Source: Epiperipatus broadwayi (taxonomy: Eukaryota; Animalia; Onychophora). From it: a stretch of 64,000 bases of DNA. Location of the stretch: positions 11,594,001 to 11,658,000 of the forward strand of contig JAQFVV010000005.1 in the NCBI GenBank assembly GCA_028023455.1. Direction: 5' to 3'. A model generated the notes under the pieces. That model was not told the DNA's origin, searched no databases, and saw only the letters and a program-made list of their open reading frames with translations. Shown in pieces: positions 25,864 to 38,074 of this stretch; within the stretch, counting starts at the first letter, position 1; the number at the start of each line of letters is the position of its first letter. Position numbers and translations under genes: made by a program.

Positions 25864-28800
25864 TATAATAACTACATAGTATTCTTATGACTTCTGCAAC
25901 TTTTAATCACTAAACTCATTTAACAATTAAAGTATTAATCTTTTATCTATCATAACAATAATAGTAATTATCTAGCTCAGAAAAAATAATCTCAGGTTCT
26001 TAAATTTATTCAAGGTTAAATTAAAATAAAGTAGCAAAATATGATAAGGGATTTTGTGTCATAATTTACTACTCTAAAGTTAGATTAATAATAAAACAAT
26101 AAGAATAATAATCACAATCTTCATTGTTTAATCTAACTAGTACGGCTTTTCTTTTATCGCAAATTTATAACCGTAATAAATTAGTTAATAATTCAATATC
26201 CTCCCTTCGTTTATCCTTTTCCTTACATAATGAAATAAATTAGTAAGTGGCAGTGTTTAGATAATCTGATAAATGAAGCAAGTGGCAACTAATAGCATAT
26301 AATTTAGCAAAATTATTATGACAATGGATTTATGACCAGTAACGTAATGCAATTTCATACTTATTCAATTACAAAAACATCAATAAACATTTAAGATTAA
26401 ATATACTTCTCTATTTATATTTTGTGCAAACAATTATATACTTAGTTTAATGACTGTAAATATACCCTGTGAACTCATGTAATGATGTAGAGAAAACAAA
26501 ACTCAGACACAAGTTTTAATAAACAAATTTTAGAATTTTATTAACAACAATCAAAATTAAGATAAAACAAACAAATCTATTTACATTTATTTACAAGGGA
26601 TATCCTCCTTTCTTTTAACACTACAAAAGTTAAATTATACATTTTGAGATTTCTTTTACAGTTGATTAAGATTATTATACCTTTTATAATTTATTTATTT
26701 ATTTCTAATTAGGTTTATTATATTACTTAGTTTAAATATTATATGGGTAATACTATTCTTTACCTTTTAATATTAAAAATTACAGTATTCTAAGTTATAT
26801 ATGTGGGTAAACCTCATTTATAAACATTATAAATTTATAATCAATATGGTTTTTCCTCTAAAAAAAATTACATTCTTTTGTAACTCTATATAAGTCACTT
26901 TGCATCTTGTTCAAATATTATTACTACCTATTACGTTTGTTATCTAATGCTCGTAAACTCTAATACATTTTTTTCATAGGCCATACTCATGTCTAATGCC
27001 ATAACACGAGTTTAATTATCACCTGTTTTAGTTTCACATATAATATAATTATCGAATGTTATTATATTCTTTAAATATGCAATACTTATATTTTTAAATA
27101 CAAACAATAACAAGAAAACGTTAAATCATTTTTTTTTATATTTTTGTATATTTCTATTTGGGTATATTTTTATAAAATTATAGTTCATTTCTTAAACGCA
27201 AAAATAATTCTCTGACTCCTTCCTTTCTTAGGATATCTGCATCTCTCTTTCAATGATCATAATCTACTCTTTGTTAATACTTAACTATTCTTATTTCAAA
27301 TAACAGCATGACATACATTCTAAAATATCTATTGTTTCTTTTCAAAAGACTTATCAAATAACGATGTAGCTGCAAGAAATACAGATAAAGATAGCGAAAG
27401 ATGTATAGGATATTGGGAAGACAGATAGATAACTTATCAAAATATATACTTCAAAATGTATGGAACAGTGTGAAGAGGGCCGACATTCCTTGTCTGATAA
27501 CCCTGACAATAAGCATGATGTGGCAGCTATTTATTCAGCTTTACCAAACATCTAATAAGATTCACAAGAAAGATAAAATAACACTGTCCATGACAACATG
27601 TGTAACAGTCGTAGGGCTCTGTTAACTACGCTGATTACCATCTAAAACTACTTATTAATTCATTCCCTGTAGCATCCTAGTTTTTAATACATCATCTTGG
27701 TTTCCGAATCTCCACGTACTACCAAGTCACTACCCAAACTATCTCTCAAGATTTTTACTGTATCCAACATCGATAAAACTAACTACCTTTTAAAACAATA
27801 AACAAAATTCACTAATATAAAACATTCCCCTATTCTATAAGAACAATTTGTCTTGCTTTATTACACTGTAGAATCGACATCTACGTTTTATTAAAATATC
27901 ACTTAAATATCCTAATCAGAAAATTTAACAGAAAATACGACATAACCATTGGTTATATTGAACTATATTAATCACATATTAAATGATTGTCGTATGCATA
28001 TTTTTAAAAAATCTAATCACATCTCATAATGTTTTAGAGTGTTGTTTTTCAAAATGCGTTTTACAATAATTATAACAATAAAATTTTTGCATTACATTCA
28101 TTCGATTCACAGCTGATCTAAATAAATAAAAAACATACATTATATCATTAATAACCATAAAATGTACCAAAATAATCTTTACCTTCCTATTAGAGTTCGT
28201 AGTAGGTTTCTTTCTCCTCGAGCATCGCAAACATACAAAATTTCCATACACATACAATTTTATTTGAACATTCAAAATCAAAAAAAAAAACATATTATTT
28301 TATATAATGTTATTGCGAATTAATGTATTTGTTTCCCTATCGCTATCTAAACTTAATGTTTAACTTAAATTAATAAAGAAAATAATTTAAACCATAATCA
28401 CATATTTTTCTGTCGGTAAATCTTGGTTAGTCCAATAATATTTATTATTTCTTCTTTTTCCGAATGTTCTTCTTTCTGATTATTAGAGTTTTAAAATAAA
28501 TTAGGTCATTTAGTTAACTGTTTAGACGATCTTTAGTTTCAATGTTTAATTCAAAATTATAAAAAAAATATTTATTTAGTTATCCCACGAAGTTTTTTAA
28601 TGTTAGGGCGAATATTACCTCGGCACGTTGATGCATCTTTATTTCTAGCAGAACTACAAGTATTTATATCATTACGGTACCAATTGCGTTTTTTCCATGG
28701 ATTCAATATTTTATATTTATTTCTCTGTAAACTATTTTTTTTTTCTTCTTCTTCTTCAGGCAAGTACTTTCCTTGGTAATTTCACTTTTATTCATTATTA

Positions 28801-29507
28801 TTTTATATACGACATTTTTGATCTTTAACTATTTCTAGAGTAATTGCTCAGGTCATCTTAAAGAAAGTAATTCATAAAAATTCTTTTTGTCCATTTATTC
28901 TTACACGAATAATATTGATTTTTATTTTTCATTATATTCATTAACTTTGCGCACAATGCCCTTTCATTAATTTTACACGCATGAAAGCAGTTTTCATAGT
29001 TATACGCTGTACGAACTATATCAATGAACAACATTAACATTTTTGAAATATTACAAAATTTATAACTTGTTTTAAAGAATCCATCCATTTTTTATTGAAA
29101 ATTCAGATTATATTTTAATAGAATCCACTGGCAGGTAGCTGTGGAGTTAGTGAAACATTATTATGAGAACTTTTTTAAAATTTTATTCTTAGATTCGCTT
29201 TGAAAGATTTTAAAATGTCAGTTAGTTTCTTTCAAAGATATTTCTTAAAAATTCCAATAAAATTGACTAATAATTGAAGAAAGAAAGAAATTTTAAAGAG
29301 CTTAAAATTTTACCTCTGCTCTGGAGTCAACACATTTTTGTTCTCCTCGTTTATATAATTAGTTGTAAAAAGAAATTATTAAACTCAGGTGCTTATTATA
29401 CATGTATATAATTTTAATGCGCAAATACGCGCACAACAACCAAGCTTCATCAGGATTAAATAAAAATATATTATAAACTCAAAATAATTATAATATCTAA
29501 AGAATAA

Positions 29508-29552
29508 TGCCCGAGCGCTTTCAAGAGAACTTAGCTCTCATAATCATGGGCA
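29508..29552 (-). ncRNA. Variant minimal type I hammerhead (A3-U8 core) in Penelope 3' UTR
   Basis: UGCCC-AUGAUUAU-GAGAG-CUAAGUU-CUCUU-GAAA-GCGC-UC-GGGCA. Confidence 0.8.
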
Positions 29553-29632
29553 ACAAAGAATAAGCATAGCGTGTTGGTATATGCTAAAATATGCTGATAT
29601 ATGTAAATTAGTTGAAAATAAATGCGTCAGCT

Positions 29633-30397
29633 CTAAATGATCCACTTCTTAGAGATTTTGTAACACGCATCTTTCCTATTCATAGCCTTATCATCAATAG
29701 CAATAAAACATGCTTCTTTAACTTTTCTCTTAATGTCATTTCTCTCCCTGCAAACTATTCTTGCATTTTTAGGTTCACATGCATGACCAGCTGATTTCTG
29801 ATGTATAGCAAATATTGAGTTGCAATTTGGGTCTACTTGGGCCTTATTGTAAGAATATCTGTGCTGGGATAGTCTTGTAGAAAGAGTTGCTTTCGTTTCC
29901 CCATAGTATGATGCCATGCAGTTATTTTCTGGACATGAAATATTATATACGGCCTGAGAGGTGTTGTTGGGTGTTATAATGTCTTTGGTGTTATTAATAA
30001 TTCTATTTGTATTAGGGGGTGTATGAAAGCTTAATTGAAATTCTTTATTAAACACTGAGTAAAATTTTCGATGGGTAGTTGCAATATATGGTAACAAAAT
30101 TCTATTTTTCTGCTGCTTAATAACATTGCTGTTTAATTTACTATAAAATTGTCTAATCTTCCTATCAATTGTGTAATGCTTGAAGCCGAAATCTAATAAA
30201 TCGTTTCTATATAAGATTAAGTTTGCTCTTTTGTCCGATTCAAATCTGCAAAGTTGCTCATTCCTATGCAAGAAAGACGCTAAACCAGCTAATTTATGAA
30301 TAGAAGGCGTGTTTGAAGTGGGTTGAATATTGCCTCTTTTTTCTATTGGTTTTATAATCATTGTATAATTTAGTCTTTCAACCCACTTCAAACACAC
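29633..30397 (-). pseudogene. Penelope ORF C-terminal part (RT thumb/linker plus GIY-YIG endonuclease), 5'-truncated
   Basis: AVYNISCPENNCMASYYGETKATLSTRLSQH (GIY-YIG) and KRKVKEACFI (catalytic Glu region). RT core absent. Confidence 0.85.
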
Positions 30398-31071
30398 CTT
30401 CTATTCATAAATTAGCTGGTTTAGCGTCTTTCTTGCATAGGAATGAGCAACTTTGCAGATTTGAATCGGACAAAAGAGCAAACTTAATCTTATATAGAAA
30501 CGATTTATTAGATTTCGGCTTCAAGCATTACACAATTGATAGGAAGATTAGACAATTTTATAGTAAATTAAACAGCAATGTTATTAAGCAGCAGAAAAAT
30601 AGAATTTTGTTACCATATATTGCAACTACCCATCGAAAATTTTACTCAGTGTTTAATAAAGAATTTCAATTAAGCTTTTATACACCCCCTAATACAAATA
30701 GAATTATTAATAACACCAAAGACATTATAACACCCAACAACACCTCTCAGGCCGTATATAATATTTCATGTCCAGAAAATAACTGCATGGCATCATACTA
30801 TGGGGAAACGAAAGCAACTCTTTCTACAAGACTATCCCAGCACAGATATTCTTACAATAAGGCCCAAGTAGACCCAAATTGCAACTCAATATTTGCTATA
30901 CATCAGAAATCAGCTGGTCATGCATATGAACCTAAAAATGCAAGAATAGTTTGCAGAGAGAGAAATGACATTAAGAGAAAAGTTAAAGAAGCATGTTTTA
31001 TTGCTATTGATGATAAGGCTATGAATAGGAAAGATGTGTGTTACAAAATCTCTAAGAAGTGGATCATTTAG
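30377..31071 (+). pseudogene. Penelope ORF C-terminal part, inverted second copy
   Basis: Same peptide as the minus arm with H/Y, C/Y and A/V differences. Confidence 0.85.
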
Positions 31072-31151
31072 AGCTGACGCATTTATTTTCAACTAATTTA
31101 CATATATCAGCATATTTTAGCATATACCAACACGCTATGCTTATTCTTTGT

Positions 31152-31196
31152 TGCCCATGATTATGAGAGCTAAGTTCTCTTGAAAGCACTCGGGCA
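31152..31196 (+). ncRNA. Variant minimal type I hammerhead (A3-U8 core); loop III GCAC instead of GCGC
   Basis: Mirror copy of 29508-29552; G>A at 31188 breaks the palindromic loop III. Confidence 0.75.
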
Positions 31197-34100
31197 TTAT
31201 TCTTTAGATATTATAATTATTTTGAGTTTATAATATATTTTTATTTAATCCTGATGAAGCTCGGTTGTTGTGCGCGTATTTGCGCATTAAAATTATATAA
31301 TTAGTTGGCGCGATTTTTATTGTATGCCAAAATCTATCTTTTTATTGGTCAATTCCTACTTGGATTCTATAAACAATTTCTAAAGTTTAAAAATTGTGAC
31401 GTAATAGACTTAAATATTAACCTATTATTATTTTTAAATTAATTATTATCTATCACTATTTAATTACTTTTAAAATAATTTTGAAACAATAATTAATAAA
31501 GATGTATAATCTTATTTTTTTATTATAATGTGTGGCAATTCCATCCAGTTCCATAATATACTATTTAAATATTTTAATTATTTGTATTAATTTAAACTGG
31601 TGCTTATACATAAAATATTCCAGACAGTCACGTAGACATTTCCGGTGTTTAGTCTATTTTTATCTGTCTTAATAAATTTGCTACTTATATTATTTAAAAT
31701 GATTATATAAAATTTTGAAAAATAATTTAGAAAAATATAGAACTAGATGCAATCCCCACCATCACAATACTTATTATTAAATATATTACATTAACCCTTT
31801 ATTGCCTAACCATAGTTTATAATTTTAAATACTATATAATATTAATTTTAAAATTTTTTAGTAAATGACCATTTATAATCATAATTGACCTATAGAAAAG
31901 GGCACAATATATATTTAAAGAAAAGCTTACACTAAAAATATTTTTAATCTTAATTTTAAAATCGAGATTTAATATATTTGTTTTCAATAGGATGTGCTGA
32001 AGTTTTGAACATGAGTTATAAATTATTTACAATGCAAGATAACAAAATAGATTAGGTAGGTTATTAATTTCTTTACTATAAAGGGATTGGTGGTAGATCA
32101 TTTTTCAAATTTGTAACAAATTTCAAATAAGTTGCTGTCAGCATAATATTTTCAATAATGTGCATGAGATTCCTATGTACATATATATATACTTTAAAAA
32201 ATGAAGCTTACATTAAAAAGATTTTTAAAAGTTTATTAAAATTTAAATAAAAAGAAATCTTGATTTTTTTAAGTTTCCTCATTTAATGTAAAAAAAAATT
32301 TTCTTTTGTTTGCAAAACTTGATTTTGTTTTTCATGTAAACAAAAATATATTGTAAAGGACTTTTAATTACTTGATCTTATATTGAAATATTAAGCTGAC
32401 TTCAAATAACTGTACAAATACTGAAAATTAAAAAATAATATATATATATGTTTATAATTAATGCTTTTATTTACTGAATACTAAAAACTTTAAAAGTAAT
32501 TATTTCTTCAAACTTTGTTTAACTTGAAATAAAAGCATGGGGAAAATTAATTTAATCCCAATATTTTCTAACAAGAGATTGTTACATTTTCATTTACCAT
32601 TGTCAAACTTTCTCCACTCACAACTTTTGACGCCATCCATTTCAGATAAATACACTAATGATTATTACTAATCATTTTCGAAACTAGAGATTATCTCTAG
32701 CACAGATATAAACTTTAAACCTCAGTTAAAGATTAATATATCTGATTTTTTAAATTTACACACATGGAGTTATTCACCTTTCTCTGTCCCATATGTAATA
32801 TCTTTATAGAATATAACGAGATTGAAATACTTAATTTCTTAACACTCAGCTCCTATGCTTTTATTTCAAGTTAAATATAAAAAAAGCCAATTATTGTTGA
32901 AGAAAGAATTATTTTTAAAGTTTTTAATCCAGTAAATAAAATGTTTGTGATTAAAAAACTGATATTCATTTCTTGATCACTTATTAATTTCAGTAAATAA
33001 TCTATAACTGAACCCTCTTTTATTTTAGATTTTAGCTTTCTGTTTTATTAAAACCTTCTGCCTTTTTCTAAAGGTTGAAGTAATTACTTTATATAAAGCT
33101 ATATTGAATGTAAAAACATGAAGCATCTTTTTAAAATCTAATTTTAAAAGGCTATGAAATAAATCTTTTTGTTTGAAGTTTAGTAAATCATGTTTATGAG
33201 ATACAATATTCTTCTCACCATATGTCTTCTTTGTGCATAGTTAAAACTATGAAACAAATCTACCTATCTTTTATCATTATAACAATGCCTATTTTATTTT
33301 ATACTCCATCAATCTGACAGTTTTCATCTCACCACCATTCTTCTTCGGATCTAAAATAAATCAATAAATGTACATGAATTTATATATAAAAATAGTTGAT
33401 CTAAACAATAAAACCAACACTGAATAAATATATCCCAGTATAAATTGAATCCTTTTTATATCTTATGCTAAAGATAGTATGTCCTTCCAATTTTAATATA
33501 ATTTATTTTTTCTTATATTTGGTAAATATTTATGATATAATATAAAAAGGATTCCATTTATAAAGGAACTCGACATTTATTTAACATTGTTTATATTGAT
33601 TAGATAAACTATTCTTTATATATTCATGTATACTTATATATGTAATAAAAATAAAATGTTCATTGTTATTATATATATTAGTTCTGAAAATGAATGAATG
33701 CTGGTTAGTTGAAACTGTCAGATTGACTGATTGTAAAATAAAATGTCTTGTTAAAGTGATAAAAGATTATTAAATTACTTTTATTAGATTGACAATACAA
33801 TATTTTAAATAATACATCTCTGGTGTCTTTAAGTTTAATTAATTGTTACAATTTACACTGTTATCTTTATTTTCATGAGTCACTTTTTTTATTCATTAAT
33901 TTAACTATATGCTTTAACAAGAAGTATCATTTCAAGAGTTAAGACCCTCATCCCAATTAACACTTGTTACTCTCATTGCTCACACATCATAGGACATTTC
34001 CCTTGATGAATCGAATCAGTCACTTGAAAAAAAACAACTACAGTTCTTCACATAATTATAAACTATTGCATGACCTCTCTTAATTAAGTGAACTAATTTA

Positions 34101-36224
34101 CACAATTTGATAACATTTTATGTATAAATAGATTTTTTTACATCATTGTTTATTGAAATATACGTGGGAGAAATTTTCTATCTAAAAGTGATATTAATTG
34201 ATATTCTTTTGAATGAATGATATTCAAATGTTTAAAGTTGTTTTACTAAGTTTTGTTAAAGGTACAAATTGATAATATATTCCATACTAAATTATTGCTT
34301 ATAATTTGTCATTTTGAAAAATTCTCATCATGCATAAGTAAAAGTGCCTTGTATTAGCTTTTAAAGCCAGATGGTTTTATCAGTGTACAGTAAATTTTTA
34401 TTGAAAGAATTTTAATATTTTGGACATGAATTACATACAGATAAAGAAATACATCTACTAATAAATTAAGATATTAAAAAAATTATGTATAAATAAAAGA
34501 AAAATTAAGCGTTTACAATTAAACAAAGTGTAGTAATCAATGTTAAATAAAAATATGAGTTATTTTAGTAGATAGAAAAATATGAAAAATATTTTTATTT
34601 AAAAATAGCTAAAGGAAAAAAAAAACTGGATCGAAATTAATTAACTGTTTTTATCTTTGGATTAAATTATCAGTTTGAAATTATAGGTATGATTGCTTAA
34701 ATCTCATGCCTAAAATTAATACACAAATGACAGCTAAATTGATAAAGTTACACAGACACAGAAAGATGATGCTTTCAGTACGTTTATAGATATGAAAGGG
34801 TTAATATATTTTATAATAGTTTGGATTTGTTTTATTATGATATTTGTATACTTTCAAATGACCTGATCCTAAAAATATTTTAATCATTTAATACAAAATT
34901 ATATATTGAAACAGACACATTTCACATGTACAGTTTTGAAGTCCCCCCTCCCAATTTAAAAACTGTTGAGATTAAAAAAGTTCAAAAAATAAATAAGTAA
35001 GTGACAGCAATTTAGAATAAAATTTCATGTACATTATAAAACCCAAAATGGTTAAAAATTAAAAAGAAAAATCAATATTTTAAAATACTAAAATTACCAT
35101 TTTAAATGTAGTATTTTGTAAAAGTTTAATGTTTTCAGATTAAAAATAAGAAGGCTATAATTGACAATTAATTAAAAAGGATTGCTGTAGGCATGAAAGT
35201 TAATAGATATTTTTTGAAAACATGTCAGATGAAAGTTATCAGGATCTGTTCCCAACTAGTCAACAGCCAATAAGTAGTTGAATGAAGACATGGGCCTCAG
35301 AGAAAGATCATCTTCACCAATAGAATTAGTGCTAGATCAATCTGAAGAATAATTAATAAAAGCATTAGACAATAAATAAGGGAGTAGATACTGTTTAAGG
35401 CGATTCAATAATATATTGTTTGGAAGTGTCAAGACTATTACTAGTGGACTAACCATCATTAGTACTGCATAATGAAATGCAGTATATATGAATACTGGCC
35501 CAACGAAGCTTCGAGTTCTGTGACCATTAAGCAAAGAAGGAACTTATAACTACTAAAAAATGAAGAAACAAAGTATTAAAATGGAATCTTTTCAAATGTC
35601 TGGCTAAAAAGAAAACAGCTTTTCTCTCTCCTCTGTCACCTGGATTAGCAATGGAAGTAAGATGAAAATAAGATCTGTTAACTGATCATTGACTCCTAGC
35701 TCTCAAAAACTCTATTAGTTCGAAGATTTATGGAGAACCTCTAACAGATGAAGGTTCAGGTAAGGAAATTTATATGCATTTATAATATTAGAAAAGATTT
35801 TGTAAAAATGTTTATGGAAATAATGAAATGAATATAAAATGATACAAAATGAAAATATATTTATTCTAAACAGCTAATTTATAAACGGAACACACTGGAG
35901 TAATAGGAGAATATGAGTGTTATTAAAAGATAAAAGTGAAGATGCCAAAAACGATTTTGTTGATTTGAAAAAATAATTCTATAATAAACTTCATACTTGT
36001 AAGTGTCTACATAAAATGAAATTATTAATTATAAAGTGATATTTATTACTTTATAAAATGCTGTGATAGAGTGAATTAACATGAATCTACACACACATAA
36101 ATTAAAGAAATGTTTGTAACATGAATTAAGAAATTATAGAGTAAAAATTGATATATTATATACATGAATAATAATGAATATGTACCTATATATCTGAATA
36201 CATAATAGATGTGAATTAAGTTGT

Positions 36225-36836
36225 AAAGTAAATACTTCTAAATAAGTAATTTAAACTCATGTCTGGATAATATGATAAATAAGAATAAAATATTCCCATA
36301 TAAGTGACTCAAAACTGCATCTATATAATGTGTAAAATGAAATACTTCTAAATAAGGGGTTCAAACCCACATCTGGATAATATGTTAAATAAAAATAAAA
36401 TACTCCTATATAAGTGACTCAAAACCGCATCTATATAATATGTAAAATGAAATAGTCCTAAATAAGTGATTTAAACCCACATCTGTATAATATGTGGATT
36501 AAAATTAAATGCTTCTGTATACCTGGATGAAATCAAATGTTTCTATGACCATGGATTAAAATTAAATGTTCTTATATACCTTGATGAAATCAAATGCTTG
36601 TATGACTACAGATTAAAATTAAATGCTTGTTTACACCTGGATGAAATCAAATGCTTCTATAACCATGGATTAAAATTAAATGCTTTACATACCTGGATGA
36701 AATGAAATGCTTCTATGATCCTGGATTAAAATTAAATGCTTGTATATACCTGAATGAAATCAAATGCTTCTATGACCATGGATTAAAATTAAATGCTTCT
36801 ACATACCTGGATGAAATCAAATGCTTCTATACACAT
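36225..36836. repeat. Compound minisatellite: ~2.5 x 110-bp units followed by 6 x 57-bp units
   Basis: AATACTTCTA/AATAGTCCTA at 36231, 36341, 36451. 57-mer starts at 36496, 36553, 36610, 36667, 36723 (56 bp after the previous) and 36780. Confidence 0.9.
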
Positions 36837-37721
36837 GGATATATATCTACACGCATAATGAAACTTCAATCAAGAAGGATAACTCCCAATCATGGAGGAT
36901 CAAAGAGGAGAACTGTGATATAGATACAGATAGGATGGCAGCCAGGGTAGAGACTGTCAATAAACTTTTTCTTATTCTTTTTAAGAACTTAGTACCCAAA
37001 TATCATTATTGTTAAATAAATTATGGTTACAAAAAGCTAATACCTCAAGTCCATTTCAATTTGCATCACTCATCAATTAGGGCACTAGTTCATAAGAATC
37101 TCATGTCACCTGAGCTGTGTCTGGAATAACTCAATGTGGGTAAGTAAGGTTGTGGTGAGATGGAACTTTAATGGTGCTGTTTGGGAAACCAAACACATAA
37201 ATTTCTAGATGTTTCCAGTATCTATGGCACTACATCTTCTGATGAGCAGGAACTATTGTTGTAGGGGGATGACATCAGCATTGGGGAATGCCAATTGATA
37301 GTTTCTGCAATATGCTTATCAGGAAATAAAATCAACCAAGAGAGAGAGGGGTTGGTTGGCCATCAGGTTACAATATATATATATATATATTAATGTTTGT
37401 AATATGTATATAATAATTTTGAGAACAGTTGTGTGTAGGGTTTATTCATTCGTGGTGCTCTCATTCTAATTTTTAAGTTTCATACTTTTTATTAAAAAAT
37501 CAAAAAAAAATAGCAAAACATGAAAATAACATGTTTACAAAAGAAACTTGAAAAAAAAAAAAAAAGCAAAACAATCAGTGATTAAAAAAAAAAAGAATTT
37601 TAATATGTTTGATCATTGCAAACAATTGTAAGAAATTAATGAGGAAAGTAAATGTATTTCCAAAATAAGAATAGAATCGATGTGTAATTTGAGTATAAGT
37701 AATGATGGACAACCTAACTAT

Positions 37722-38074
37722 ATATCACATGATCACCGTTTCCTATACTTACACAAGCTGTTAAAACAATAACAAACTCTCCATACAGTAGATGACTATA
37801 CAAGTGAATTAGCTTGGATTGACAACATTATCATGTTTTAATTTGGACTTGTAGCTTTATAGTTAACTAAAAGGATAAAAGATGGCTAGTGGAGGCTTGC
37901 ATTAGATCTTAGGATCTAGGTGTTCAGATCCAAGGCGCTTCATGATGAAAGCCATAAGCTAGAAACTTGTCTGGGGATAATGGATGAGTAGGCACTAGAT
38001 AGGGATTTTATGCATAAATCTTGCATCCATTGATTACTAAGGCTTGCACTGGATAGCATCACTGTATGGAGAGT
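37722..38074. mobile_element. Retrozyme-like family 1 insertion (short minus arm plus longer plus arm) with a degenerate hammerhead at 37928-37985
   Basis: Aligns to 9760-10010. Hammerhead lacks C3: UGAUGA-AAGC-CAUAA-GCUA-GAAA-CUUG-UC-UGGGGA. Confidence 0.75.

Larger units (their letters stand above)
29366..31292. mobile_element. Penelope-like element: two 5'-truncated copies head-to-head (923-bp arms), 15-bp TSD
   Basis: Arms 29405-30327 and 30377-31299 are reverse complements with 7 mismatches and no indels. TTATATAATTAGTTG at 29351-29365 and 31293-31307. Confidence 0.9.

Noticed and set aside
25864-29340. CpG-richer unassigned segment with short ORFs (27401, 28572, 28858)
   Set aside because: Probably TE-derived, but I could not find diagnostic motifs, termini or a second LTR.
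31251-31290. Canonical CTGATGA in the Penelope 3' end (mirror at 29447-29453) followed by CGCGTA
   Set aside because: No stem II closure or GAAA. At most a deleted remnant of a second hammerhead.
36496-36836. CRISPR-like appearance of the 57-bp (and 64-bp) arrays
   Set aside because: No unique spacers, and the context is eukaryotic.
37239-37300. CTGATGAG motif
   Set aside because: No GAAA or stems at a suitable distance.
37776-38074. Apparent MITE TIRs (ACTCTCCATACAG / CTGTATGGAGAGT) and similar fold-back arms at 9187, 13071 and 61145
   Set aside because: Arm lengths and end points differ in every copy. The arms are opposite-strand pieces of one monomer, not fixed termini.
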